A stretch of DNA of 64,000 nucleotides from Sminthopsis crassicaudata (lineage: Eukaryota): positions 290,609,765-290,673,764 of the forward strand of contig NC_133620.1 in assembly GCF_048593235.1 (NCBI RefSeq), written 5' to 3'. Numbering within the stretch: position 1 is the stretch's first letter; each line of letters begins with the position of its first letter. The position numbers were made by a program, and so were the translations under genes. This document shows positions 1-54,576 of this stretch, one piece after another. The notes below the pieces were generated by a model. It was given only the letters and a program-made list of their open reading frames with translations. It was not told the DNA's origin and made no database searches.

Positions 1-815
1 CTTGGGTAGATTTTGGAGATTAGTGCATCAAAGTTTGGATCTGGCCGAAGAGACCGCTTTGATACCAGTTTCTTCCTACAAGTAGGGCACTCTTTGTTCC
101 TGTATTGAGTTAGAGGAAGGAAACCACTTACAATACAAAATGGTAACTGGAAGGTTCTGTTACTTTTTCACACACTAAAAAGTGGATTAGAAGCTCATCT
201 GCAGACATGGAACCTCACCATCCTCTCACAGTCACCCCNNNNNNNNNNNNNNNNNNNNNNNNNNNNNNNNNNNNNNNNNNNNNNNNNNNNNNNNNNNNNN
301 NNNNNNNNNNNNNNNNNNNNNNNNNNNNNNNNNNNNNNNNNNNNNNNNNNNNNNNNNNNNNNNNNNNNNNNNNNNNNNNNNNNNNNGCATCTCCTGATAC
401 CCGCTGCGCAGAGCGGTGACAATGCAGTCTGAACAGAAGCGATGGAGACACTCCTTTGTGGTCATGGTATTCTTGAGCATGTCCAGACAGATCGGGCACA
501 TGAGCTCTGAATGGAGGGATCGTGGGGAAACGGCGATTTCGGTGCCATCCATGATGGCCTCCTGCAGAAAAGGAAGACAGACAGATCAGGATTGAGAAGC
601 ACACAAAATATGTAGTCTCCGGGCCTCCTACAAAGATGAGAACTCGGATACAGGCAAGATGGGGGAAGTTAACAGTAAACAGTAGAGGATGCAGTGCGGG
701 GAGAGGTGTGTGTGAGTGGGGATTCCCCCTTCCTCACCTGTGGAGTCCGATGTAGCTCATAGAGACTTAGTTCCCACGTTTTGCTGGCGCTCTGTGCATT
801 TGCTGGGGTCGCCAT
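1..815 (-). CDS. RING1: RING1 (PRC1 E3 ubiquitin ligase), 5' partial; coding exons 738-815, 401-561, 1-99 (continues off window)
   Basis: Spliced translation [26 protein letters not shown]|[54 protein letters not shown]|[33 protein letters not shown]3HC4 RING motif present; GT-AG boundaries; 78 and 161 bp exons. Confidence 0.97.
239..386. other. Assembly gap in RING1 intron
   Basis: Run of N. Confidence 1.
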
Positions 816-889
816 GGTGACAAGGAGCCGACCACCACTTCGGAGATCTGGGGGTAGACAGGGCCACTAAGGAGCTGCAGGAGTTTTCC

Positions 890-1990
890 TGGGGGTGGGG
901 ATGAGAGTGAGGGTGGGGGTTAGGGTCCACCTCCCTTCGCCCCGCCCCTTCTATACGCGCCCCAACCCCCGAGGCCCCGCCCCCTTACATTTCTTTCCCT
1001 TCCCCCTCCTCTTCCCTCCTCCTTCCCCACATCCCGCCCACCAGCCTAGGTTTCTCTTCCTGGGTTCCTCTGCCGCCAGCGTCCTACCCCATTCCCTGTG
1101 CCCTATCGTCGTGTACTTTCCGGGCCAAACTCACTCAATCCTCGGTCCCTCCCACTCAGGACCCCGGTCCCACCGCCGCCGATACATCTCCCGGTGCCGC
1201 CATGGCTGGGGCGCTCGGGCCCTTGCGTCACTTCCGCCTCCCCATTCCCTCCCCTATCTGACTCCGAACCATGGTTACGTCACCGGGCTGGTCAGAACGC
1301 GGGTGGAACTTGGATGGAAGGGGTGTCTCCCCCCCCCCTTTCGCACACGTGACACTTGCCCTCCACGTGAGGGTACGGGCCAGTGTGCTGCCTTCTGGAT
1401 CCACGTGGAGCTCCTTCCCGATGGTCCCGCGGGCCGGAGACGGGACGGGACGGGACGCACCTCCGCGGCTTCCTGCACCTAAATGCACTGGGAGCAGGGA
1501 CACCCTCCTCCCGGGGAGGCCTCCTCTTTTCGGAGTGGGCTGGAGCGGGGACCTCGCCCGCCTTCCGTGGGAAGAAGGCGGAGCGGCCCCAAGCTGCTGG
1601 AGACTAGAAGGGCCCTCCATCTCTGCCCTCCAGCCCTCCTGCCGCTCCTAGCCCACGCTTATCTTTGTCCTCATCTCTCGTCCCTCCCCCAGTACAAGCG
1701 CCCCCGGTCCCTCTGGCGCTCACGGAGTCTTCACTCCCTCCCACTCGCTCCGTTTTAGGGACTCGCTTCTTCTGTGTCAGGCGTCCGGAAGTCCCGGTGT
1801 CCGCGCCCCCTCTGCGAGGCGGGGGCCCGCGGCTCCAGATGTCCAGACCCAACTCTCGAGGGCCGGAGCCACGAGAATTGCGTTTGGACAATCAGGAGCC
1901 GCGGGCCGAGCAGGGTGGTTACTAGGGACAGAGAACCCAACCTATGGAGGGCCAGAGTCTGCTGTGGTGGGTAAGGGGGCCGCCCCGGGG
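890..1990. promoter_or_regulatory. CpG island / RING1 promoter and probable non-coding exon 1 (donor near 1133), also enclosing miR-219
   Basis: CpG-dense. ETS-CRE composite TGCGTCACTTCCG 1224-1236, CRE-like TTACGTCA 1275-1282, three CACGTG E-boxes (1346, 1364, 1402), YY1-like CCGCCATG 1197-1204. Confidence 0.8.
1824..1907 (-). ncRNA. MIR219A1: pre-miR-219-1 hairpin; mature 5p 1874-1894, 3p approx 1835-1856
   Basis: Minus strand contains the exact mature miR-219-5p UGAUUGUCCAAACGCAAUUCU. A perfect 13-bp basal inverted repeat (1824-1836 / 1895-1907) closes the hairpin. Position between HSD17B8 and RING1 is syntenic with human. Confidence 0.97.
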
Positions 1991-2918
1991 GGATGGAAAG
2001 ACTAAGATAAAGAGGAGAGCCGAGAGAGACCTGGATGTGTCAGGGGATGGGAAAGAGGGGAGGATGGGGAGGCAAAGATAGGGAGGGGATCCTAACTAAA
2101 AAAAAGTGGGAGCAGGAATGACACGGGAGGCGGAGAGGAGCCTGGACCTCCTTTCCACTGGAGCAGGTACACATGGAGCAGAGATCAAGTTGGGGACCGA
2201 GAAGGGGAATCTGTGGAGATGGGGGAGTTGTTCTTCCCACACCCCAACTCCCTAGCCCACCCTTTTTTGCTTCAGTCCCCCCTCCCTTCCGAACCCACCA
2301 CTTCCCTGTCCTCTCCTTCGTCCGTGGCCAGTCCTTAAGTGGGCTCCAGAGGCTATTCGCCCCTGGCCCCCTCATTTCCCCTCCCCATTACCCCTCCTTT
2401 CTTCTCCCCCTCAGTCCCTCTTTCATCCCCTCTGGCCCCTTTCAATGGCTGGTCCCTTCCCCTAATCCTGGCCACCTCCTCTAATCCCCCACCCCCTACT
2501 ATGATCTCGAGGCTGGCAGCACTATTGTGAAACATCAAGAAGAGGGGGGAGGAATAGAAAGGAGACAGAGAGAAAAAGGATGGAAGTTGAGGCATATATT
2601 CCATAATGTCCCCCTTTACACCAAGGCCAGAGTCAGAAATATGCCTTCATCCCAGTACCCCCTGTAGGACACAGGGATGGGAACAATTAGGGGGGTAAAT
2701 TCTGGGCTTGGGGGCAGTCTAAAGGAGTGGGGACAAGACCCCCTCCTTCTGCAGGCCCTGTATCCCACAACCTTTCCCTTTCACACCCGGTGGCTGGGGT
2801 TGCCCTGGGAAACGAGCCAGTGAATAGGAACAATCCCACCAGAAGGGAAGGAGGAAATGGGGAGGAGTCTGAAGATTTGGACACAAGAAGAAACCAGAGG
2901 TGGTACAAAGATTTGAAA

Positions 2919-2924
2919 TTTATT
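2919..2924 (-). terminator. HSD17B8 polyadenylation signal AATAAA
   Basis: TTTATT on + strand about 135 nt past the HSD17B8 stop. Confidence 0.6.
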
Positions 2925-3059
2925 AGGGTTACAGAACCCTTTTCATATAACTTGTCTCCCCAATATAAAGTTGCTGGTCTCCCATCCTATATTTGAATCT
3001 TCCTTTGTCTGACTGTAATACTGCTTGGGGGAAAGATGTGTCCTTGGACTCTGTGGGAG

Positions 3060-5215
3060 TTACATGAAGAGACCTCCTGGAAGGATCAGAAATAGAGAGA
3101 AAAGACAAGAGCTTGGAATAGGATTTCTCTAACCTCTCACTTCTTCACCAGTACTTCAAGACTTCCCCAATCCCTAAGAATTGTTTCAGAGGTATCCATT
3201 AACTCCCCAATTTATTGGGTCCTGTTTCCAATTTTCTTTTAATCATACCAGTGACCTCCAGAGTGGTCCCTGTTATGTATCCACTGTCATCTGATGCCAG
3301 GAATGCTACCACATCTGCCACATCTGGGGAAAAGGTTCGGACGTCTTATCACTGCTGCACATTGTATCTCAGAAGTATTACCCCCTCCCCGCAATAACCA
3401 AGACAAGGAACAACCATAATACTTAACTTCCAACCTTGGGGCCACCATCTCACAAACATCCTAATCCTTGTGTCTAAGGGTATCTTTCAGTCTCCACTTA
3501 CCTAAACTTCAATTTCTATTTCTCCCTTGCACTTATTCTTTCCCTTTCCATATTTTCTACCTTTTCTTTACCCTTGTTTCTCACCCTCTGGAAGCCCCAG
3601 ATGGCCCATGGGGATTTGTGGAGTTATCTGAAAGTAGAAAGTTTAAAATTATGATTAAGTAGTTTCTCTGTCCTGGGTCTTGTCCAGAATTTTCTCTATG
3701 ATAAGGTTTGATAAATGGTGAGGAAAGGGAGAGTTTAGGTGGCCCCTACCTTGTCCAATATTTTCTGTGGTACTTTCTTTGTCATGGGTGTTATGATGAA
3801 TCCTGGAAGAATAGAGTTACAGCGGATTCCATGTCTGTGAGGAGGAAGAATTATCACTAACCTCTGCCAATTGCTAATCCCCCATTCTGACACTAGCGAT
3901 TGCCAGGCTGGCATCAATCTATTACTATTAGCTGATCTGGGATCAAGCATATACAGGTGGCAGTTACTTTGCTGCTGTAAAAAGCAACCAGCTTAATGAT
4001 CCCTCTCGTCACCCAAGCTAACCGTCCAAGTTCTCGAGCCACACTTCTGGTCATTCCATCCACTCCAGCTTTGGATGCCGCATAGTTTGCCTGACCCAGG
4101 TTCCCCACCTGTGGAAAAGTCATGGTCAGAGATCACAGGGGAGGTCTCTCCTCCCATCTGCCTTGTCCCAGGCTGACCTTTCCTATGATACTGCTCATGT
4201 TGATCATGGAGCCACCACAGCCACTGGATACCAGAGCTCTAGCTGCAGCCTGCATGACCAAAAAGGTGCCCTGAAAATGAAGGGAAAGGATGACAAAGGC
4301 ACTGGGGTGGTCACAGTATTCAACACTTCCCTTATTTCGGGGACCCTGTCTCAATCTCTCCTAAGCAGATAAATTCGGTCAAGGTCAGGATGACCACAGG
4401 ATATGAAAGAATCGCTGTTCAAGACCTTGAGGTTGACAGCAATGACTTCATCCCAGTAATCCTCAGGCATTCGGAGCAAAAACTCATCCCGAATGATTCC
4501 AGCACAAGAGACCACCACAGACGGTGGGCGTGAGAAGCAGCCCTAGGGGAAGCAGGAAGGAGAGGAGATTACTGGCAGCGAAACACAAAAACAGACTTAG
4601 ACACACAAAAGCAATTGCTTTTTCCTTTCCCATTGGACAGCGGAGCTGCGCATGCTCTGTTCTCACCTGGATTTGCTCTATTACCCCGTGGGCGGCTCCG
4701 GCCTCGGCCACATCTACCTGAAAAGCAGCGTGATGCTTGGGAGCGGCCCCAGCCTCTTTCTCCATCACCTTCAAAAGCCGAATAGTCTCCTCGGCCTCTG
4801 CCCCATTCCGGTCACTTGCAGCTATTAGCGCTCCTTCCCTGGCCAGGCGCAGGCTGACTGCCCGACCGATGCCACTGCCTGCACCTGGGTGGTAGGGATA
4901 GGAAAGGAGTACAAACGCATGGTCCTAGCGTGCCGAGTCAAAAAGACGACCCAGGCATCGGAGGTGGGAGTACTCGGAGACCGCGCCAGCCCCTGACACT
5001 GGGCAACTGACCCAAACCTTGGAGCCTGACCAGAGAAGAGCGGAACTCTGGCACCTAAACACTTTCCTGGGAAACACTTTCTCGCGATCCTCGCGTGTCT
5101 CCCCCTCCTCACCCCTCCCCTCCCCCAAGTCGGGAAGGCGGATGGTGGAGTTTGATTAGGTTCCCTAACCTGTGACCAGAGCTAACGCCGAACGTAGTCG
5201 AAGCTGGGCCGCCAT
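3060..5215 (-). CDS. HSD17B8: 17-beta-hydroxysteroid dehydrogenase 8 / KE6 (SDR family), 9 exons, 259 aa
   Basis: Exons 5170-5215, 4667-4884, 4426-4542, 4178-4270, 4023-4108, 3750-3834, 3585-3627, 3249-3323, 3060-3076 (780 nt, all GT-AG). TGAGSGIG cofactor motif, catalytic S and YAASK, C-terminus EVTGGLFM*. Confidence 0.97.
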
Positions 5216-5234
5216 GGTAAAGAAAACTTCGGCC

Positions 5235-5290
5235 CCCAACCAATGGGAGCAGAGAAGAGGGCGGGGCTGAGAACTTGAAGCCAATCATAG
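5235..5290 (-). promoter_or_regulatory. HSD17B8 proximal promoter: two inverted CCAAT boxes flanking a GC box
   Basis: CCAAT at 5240-5244 and 5281-5285; GGGCGGGGC at 5259-5267; all immediately upstream of the ATG at 5215. Confidence 0.6.
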
Positions 5291-5450
5291 AGAACCGAGG
5301 CACATTAGTTCTCTGGAGCAACTAACAAGAGTTCTAGGAGACTCCAGGGAAGAAGCGGATAAACTCTCCTAGTACCATAGGCCGGGGTACACATCCATTC
5401 CTTCCCCAAAATTAAAACAAGAGACCAGATGGGATAAAAGAGCCGATGCC

Positions 5451-5456
5451 TTTATT
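5451..5456 (-). terminator. SLC39A7 polyadenylation signal AATAAA
   Basis: TTTATT on + strand about 530 nt past the SLC39A7 stop. Confidence 0.6.
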
Positions 5457-5986
5457 TCAGGTCACTACCTCTTCCCCCAATCCCCTCCCCCCCATGATAT
5501 AAAAAAAGCAAAACCTAAACAGTTATAAGATCAATAACAAGACTTCCCTCTTCCCCACTCCCAATCATTACACACGATTGATCTTAATCCTGACCCCTCC
5601 CCTCCATTCCTCGGTCTAGGGCTCTGAGGCCTATGAGAAAGGCACTCCCTCACGAGAGATGGGAGGTGCAGCTGGGGGCAGCTTAGTCCCTTGAGAACAG
5701 GGATGGGGAACACAGTGCCGTGAGTCCTCACTGTGTGGCTCCCTCTTCCTTCTTGGGGTCAATCACATTTAGTTAAAACCTAACTCAATTCTCAATACTA
5801 CAGTCATTCTTGCCTCTCATTCTCAAGACTATTGTTCCCTGAAACATTCAGCCCGACAGGGTTAACTCAAGTTCGCTAACCCTCTAGACGTGTCTTTCTA
5901 GTACTTGGCTCCTTCTCCCTTTGGCTAATGTCCCCCATCCAGGTGACCCTATTCTTCAAGGTTTAGGGGGAGGGGTCTCCCACCTC

Positions 5987-8899
<2,913 letters not shown>

Positions 8900-9794
8900 C
8901 GCGATTACCTACAAAGAGAGAGACAGTGATTCCTCTGGCTCCATCTCACGAGTCTATTCCCTAGTGTGGCTGGTTTCCTAGCCCCCTACCCATGGTCCTT
9001 AGAATGCCTCTTTCAGACTCCTTCCCCGCCCCCCTTCCCCATCCCTCTCCGGGCTCTCCGATCCCTGGGAAAAGCCTCCTCAGTCTCCAGGTCTTCCGGC
9101 TTATTGTTCCCTCTGGGCCACCGTCTCGATGGTACCTGGGGGAGGATACGGGGGCTGAGAATGCAAACCGAGGCTGGGGTCTCACGGCTCCGGAATCTCC
9201 TCTCCCCTCGATTCACACAGACGAACGTGGCACTCCCGCGATCCCCGATGCTGAGAGAAGAGGAAGTTCCACCCTTTCTCCGCCCCTTTCTTTTACCCAA
9301 ACATCGGCTCTCAGCTGCAGCTACGGGGATACGCGTCCTTTGATACGCATGCGTGTGCGGAGGAAGTGAGCCAGCCGGAAAGAACGGAGCGGCCTCCTCC
9401 ACCTTGGTGAAGGGCGGAAACTAGCTCAGCGGCTTCCTGGCCACGGTGCCGCCATCTTGGTTTAGGGTAAAGAGAAGTACCTTGTTCCGCCAGATCTGGC
9501 GCCCCATCCCAAGATCTTGGCAGTCTGTTATCCTTCTCTTCCGAGCCCAGAGCTCCGTAGGTGCCTTCCCCCAAGTCCTTGCACACTTCCTTCTGGGGAC
9601 CATGCCATGGGCAGCTTTGCCCTCTCCATCGATCCTTCTCTAGCTCCCATGCCGCAGGGCAGTGTGGGCCTGTGGGGGAGCGTGACGCGAAGCATTGTGG
9701 GGCCGGGACCCGGTGGTAGCGGCGGCGGGTGGAGGTGGCGGCCGGAGAACAACAAGCCCCGGAGCCGGAGCCGGGGGAAGCGGGACGGGACGGG

Positions 9795-16232
<6,438 letters not shown>

Positions 16233-17386
16233 CTTTGATAGAGGGAGGGAGGGTGGGAAACTCTCCCCTGAAGGGAGGCTGGAATGCAAGATGGGCCCTA
16301 AACTATAGGAGGTGATGGTGGGGAAGAAATCTTCAGGACTTTGGAAAGAGAACAAAACTAAACTGAAACCCCCAGGGGGGTTACAGCAGTTCATCTGATA
16401 CTACCATTCGAGGAGACCCTAGAACTCTGAAAGACATGGGGTGGTCCCTGTCTTCAGCTTGCCTGGTCCTCTAACTTATAGGGGGATATCCATGGTTTGA
16501 ACTGAGTTCTCTTATTGGTAAAGGAATCCCCCCATCTATTTCCCTCAATACAGCACCGGGGATCTGCTGTGCTTTTCTCCGAGGATCCCCTGTCTGGGGG
16601 ACCTTTTGAAATCTTCCCCCTTCCTCCCCATTTTTTGAATAAGACATTTGAAATGGGGGCTCTGTTTTTCACTCAGAGAAATGGACACTGGGGGGCAGGA
16701 CCCCTCCATGTGATGATGGACATTGGCCATGATACTCACCTCTCCCTTAGGAAGACATGGAAAGACTGTGGGAGATGATAATAGTGACATCATAGCCTTG
16801 CTTTTCACATCCTTTTTATGGCCATTTTCCTTTCTAGTCAGACTGAAAGAGAATAAGATGGGGAAGAAAATAGACTGGCTTTTCCTGTCCTTGATTTGCT
16901 GAGGTTTTACAGGAAGAGCCAGAGGTTAGTCTCAAAGTTCTTCCCACTAGTGAGAGAGAGACATTTTAGGGAAAGGGTGTAGGTTGTATCCATCCTTGAG
17001 GATCTCCAAGCATGAGTGATTTTCCTCCCAAAACTTCTTTTCTACCTGCCCAATCTAGTTGGGCAGCCAAACCAGAAAGAAAGGTGATTTGAATAGGGAG
17101 CTGTTCAAGAGAGGTTTTTGAGATGATACAAGTTATCCTTGACATCCCCCCCAATTCCTGATTACACCATCTACCCCCATAATCATGTCTTCCCAGTACT
17201 CACATAATTTTTTTTGCTCTGCCCTCCCTGACTGGGAAAGCTGATTTGAGGAGGCAGGGTTGCTGCAGGGATTGGAAGAAAGTGTCAATCCCAGGGAAAG
17301 GGGATGGGGTGTTTTCTGGGGCCTGCATGATTCTCTAGGTTCCAGCTGTCCCGCAGGACTCCCCCCCCCAAAAAAAATGCTTTCAA

Positions 17387-17392
17387 ATTAAA
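17387..17392 (+). terminator. RXRB polyadenylation signal ATTAAA
   Basis: Lies in GCTTTCAAATTAAAGCCGCTG, which resembles the mammalian RXRB 3' end (from memory); about 1.15 kb past the stop. Confidence 0.65.
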
Positions 17393-17588
17393 GCCGCTGC
17401 TTTTCTGGATATGGGGGTCTCTGTGGGGCGGGGCGGGTGGAGTGGGGGAATAGGGACTAGGAAAAGGATGTTGTGTTGTCCATATGTGGTGATTTCAATA
17501 ATGGGAGAAAAATAACCATTCCGATTTCCCTGACGCTGCGGCGTTTCCCTGGGGCTTGAGGGGCCGGGACAGGGTGGGAGTGGGGGGG

Positions 17589-17702
17589 ACAAGGAGTGCT
17601 TTGTCCGGGGGTGTGTGTGTGTGTGCCAGGTTAGGGGCGGGACAGGAGACCGTGGAATGGAGGGTGTGAGTGTGGAGAGTCAGCTTTCAAAGGCTCCTTG
17701 TT
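17589..17702 (+). promoter_or_regulatory. Two inverted paired Sox (SOX9 dimer) sites upstream of COL11A2, B/C- and D/E-like cartilage enhancers
   Basis: ACAAGG-agtg-CTTTGT 17589-17604 and TCAAAG-gctc-CTTGTT 17687-17702: head-to-head HMG-like sites with 4-bp spacers. Confidence 0.6.
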
Positions 17703-18739
17703 TCCCTGCCACCTCCGCTCCCCTCCCCGGCGGAGGCGGTGGCGAGCGGATAGTGTCTGCTCTATCCCAGTTTTTCACCCGGCGCACCGAGGGCGCCGGG
17801 TAGACCCTGGCAATGTGCACCCCGCTGGTGCAGAAGATCCCAGGACAGCAGCACTTGGTCACAATCCTGAGCCCATTTCTCCCAAATTCTTTTCTGTCCC
17901 CTTGTATGAACCTCCTCTATCTCATTTCTACTACTCAAAGTTTTGGGGATATGTGCCTTGGTCTCTACCCTGCAACTCTCGGACTTCTGGTCTCTTGGAG
18001 TCCTCCATACTTTCCGTTCTCTAGTACCCTTGATTCTCCGAGCCTCTGCCCTTTCAAGATCCTGCCCATCACTATCTTTAACTTCTATAAATACCTGGAC
18101 TCTGTAATTACCTCTGCGGGCAGGGGCGGGAGTGTATAACTATAAAGAACTAATTATAGGGGAGACCCCGCCCCCTGAAATCCGGACCCAACCCGCCAAA
18201 GCGGGATTGGAAATAGAATTCCTGGGTTCTCAGAAGGGAGGGAGAAGAGGAAGAAAAGTACCTGGACCCCCTAGAAAAGATAGAGATAAGAACAGAATGT
18301 CTAGATTTTTGGGAAGGCAAGAGGGGTAGGGTACCTGGGTCTTCGGAAGACCCTGGTTCCTTTGGGCGGAGCTGGGATTTCCCCTGAGAAAGTGTTAAGG
18401 TCGGGGTGGGATTTTCCCTTTCCGATTACGGGAGGGGCGTGGGGGCGGGGTCGGGGGCTCTTGACTAGTAGGGTGGCCGAGACACAAGTGCATGCAGCAG
18501 AGGAGGGAGCAGCCTCGCTGGAGCACTGACATCTTCCATTCAGTGCATGGTAATCTTAGAAGTTGCAGCGGTCCCCAACCTTCAACCAACTACCCCTCTT
18601 CAGGGGATCCAGGAGTTCCAGCACCAAGAGTGCTCTGCTCCTTCTCCCTGAGTTAGGTATCCTTGCGTTTATAATTACTCCGTCCTCCCTTCAACTCCGC
18701 TCCCTGGCTCTCGGGAACTGGGTTCCCGGCTGTCCAGTC

Positions 18740-52265
<33,526 letters not shown>

Positions 52266-52988
52266 GATGCTTGTCTGCCCTTCACCCTCCCAACCCTTAA
52301 AAAAGCCAGGATTCCCTATGGCTAAATCAGAGTCATTGCCTGAGAATCAATCCCCTTTACCATCCCAGGAGCCTCAGGGCAAGACGGAAAGTATCCTCTA
52401 TCCATGGGGGTACCATGGAGGGGGGGAATCTGGAGTGTTAGATCCCTTCACTCGATGGGGTTTTGGAGGACTTCTGTGACCTCCCTAAAACCCCTTTGCC
52501 CATTGGAAATGATATGTATATTTAAAATTACCTCAAGCAAACAGAAGAGGAGAAGAGAAAGAACAGCATGTATTTTATATTTTAAATTAATTATATTAAT
52601 TATTTAACAACCAGAAACTAAAAAGCAATTCCAACAGAGAAACCAGATGAAGGAGATGGGACTGAATGCTCCACCCCTACCTCCAATTCTTCAGCTCTCT
52701 CCTCTGTGACTGTAGGGAGAGGGGAGAGACCTCCCCCATAGGGTGGCACCTCTCCTCTGCCACCCTATCTGTTATCTCCAAGGTGGATGTTGGAATACAC
52801 TGTTTCCTTGTGTCCCTTGTGCTCTCAATATCTCTCCCACAGTCAAGACTTTTTTTTTTTTGATTCTCCTCCAAATTCTTATTTCATTCAACAAAATTTT
52901 TAATTAGTGTTTACTATTTTACTATGGCTCAGGATATTATTAACATCCCAAAAGAAAGAAGTTAGGGCAATCTGTTTTGGGGCTTCTC

Positions 52989-53330
52989 AATAAAAGTCCT
53001 TGTTCAGACAAGCTAGGACAGAGAAGAAATGGAAGACATCTTGCCTTCTGGGAGCTCATAGTCTAAATCAAGATGGGACACACAAATGAACCTGAATGAC
53101 TGTTACAAAGTCACCTGTTGACAAATGGAAAATTATATCACACAGTGACAGCCTGGGCATGCCCAGGAATCTCTCCCATCTGGTGGTCTTTATTTTTTTG
53201 TGTGGAAGATGGTTTGGGGGGAGGGAGTCCTTCCTGACCTCAGTCTCAAACATCTTAACTATGGCTCAGCTATGTTTACATTTCTCTAAGGTTTTACTGT
53301 CACAAAGTATTTGAACACACTTGTAATAAA
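52989..53330 (+). terminator. Candidate COL11A2 polyadenylation signals (AATAAA 52989-52994 and 53325-53330)
   Basis: Canonical hexamers 0.7 and 1.06 kb past the stop codon. Confidence 0.5.
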
Positions 53331-53574
53331 AACACACACACACACACTCAACTCTTTGATCCTCCCCAAGAACACTGTGAGTCAGCGTCCACATCATGAC
53401 CTCCGATCTTATAGATGAGGAATTCACTTTCAGAGACTTAAGGTTCAAGGTTATATAGATACTAAGTGACAGAGTTGAATTTGAACTCAAAGTTCAGTTC
53501 TCTTTCCATTATGAAGGGTCTTCCCACTCACATCGACAACCCTGCTGTCTGTACTTTCAAAGTAGCATCACATA

Positions 53575-53727
53575 GGGTCAGCTAGGTGGCGCAGCAGATA
53601 GAGCACCAGCCCTGAATTCAGGAGGACCCGAGTTCAAATCTGGCCTCAGACACTTAACACTTCCTAGCTGTGTGACCCTGGGCAAGTCACTTACCCCCAA
53701 TTGCCTCAGCACAAAAAAGAAAGAAAA
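53575..53727 (+). mobile_element. Full-length WSINE1-type SINE with 12-bp TSD
   Basis: TSD TAGCATCACATA at 53563-53574 and 53728-53739. Confidence 0.9.
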
Positions 53728-54216
53728 TAGCATCACATAATGAAAGACCTTGAGCCAAAGACTCTTCACAAACTAGTCTCACCCCTTCATTTTAGAATTG
53801 AGGCCTGGGGTTATTTTGTTCAGGGCTACACAGAGTGTGTCAGGGGCAGAAATTTAATCTAAGTATTTATATCGAGGTTGGTGCCAACTTCTAACCACTC
53901 TACATCACAATTTCCTGTGTTTGGAATAGGATAAACCTACTAGACCTTAGTTCATTTGAATATGCTATGTTACCATTACTAAGTTACTCCCCCACTCTCT
54001 GGGCATCAGGTTCTTCCCCTGTAAAAAGAGGAAACAGACAACTCCATCTTGAAGTCCTAGGATCTAAGTATTTATTTGATGTGACACACAAAGCATTGTT
54101 TTTTCTGTAACAATCCCAGCTTCTCTCAATACTCCTCTTGGGCATTCTCATGGTTGTCCTCCTCTCATCAGCTATCGATATCACACTGAAAGGAGAGTAC
54201 TCCTAGGAAAATATCC

Positions 54217-54576
54217 TGTAACCTCCCCCTCAGAGGTTGCCAGTCTTGCCTAGTCCCACGTCTTCAGAGATCTTTGACCACTGCCTCTCTGAGCGGTGGT
54301 TCTTGTGTTCAATAGAGTGCCCGGACACAGCAGCTTGCGAGCACAAGTCTTTATGCTACGTCATCACATCCTCCTCCTGTACTCCTCCTACTTTCTGGTC
54401 CCCACTGCTTATATAGGGTCTATGAGGTCACATGCACAGCCTATAAGAGGAGACAGTTCCCATTGATGGGTTCTCAATGAAGCCAGAGCTTCTGCCCAAG
54501 AGGCGGTCCCTGCTAGCTGCAGATCATCTCTGGGTTCCTCATTATATGATGTGAGGTTCCTCTCCAGAGTCTTACA
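54217..54576 (-). mobile_element. Probable solo LTR
   Basis: TGTAA...TTACA termini and a TATATAA box on the minus strand near 54410. No clean TSD. Confidence 0.5.

Noticed and set aside
195-238. Minus-strand [13 protein letters not shown] next to the gap as a possible RING1 exon
   Set aside because: Canonical RING1 exons 401-561 and 1-99 splice directly in frame; this is intronic read-through across Ns.
895-1980. Many 60-195 aa ORFs in the RING1/miR-219 CpG island
   Set aside because: Expected stop-codon scarcity in GC-rich DNA; no recognisable homology.
4667-4884. HSD17B8 ASDRN (human ACDLD) as a possible NADP(H) specificity switch, and KAGVDG (human KAGVIG)
   Set aside because: The NAD-determining Asp is retained. 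Asp-Arg occurs in NAD-dependent SDRs, and acidic residues occur at the second site in other orthologues as I recall.
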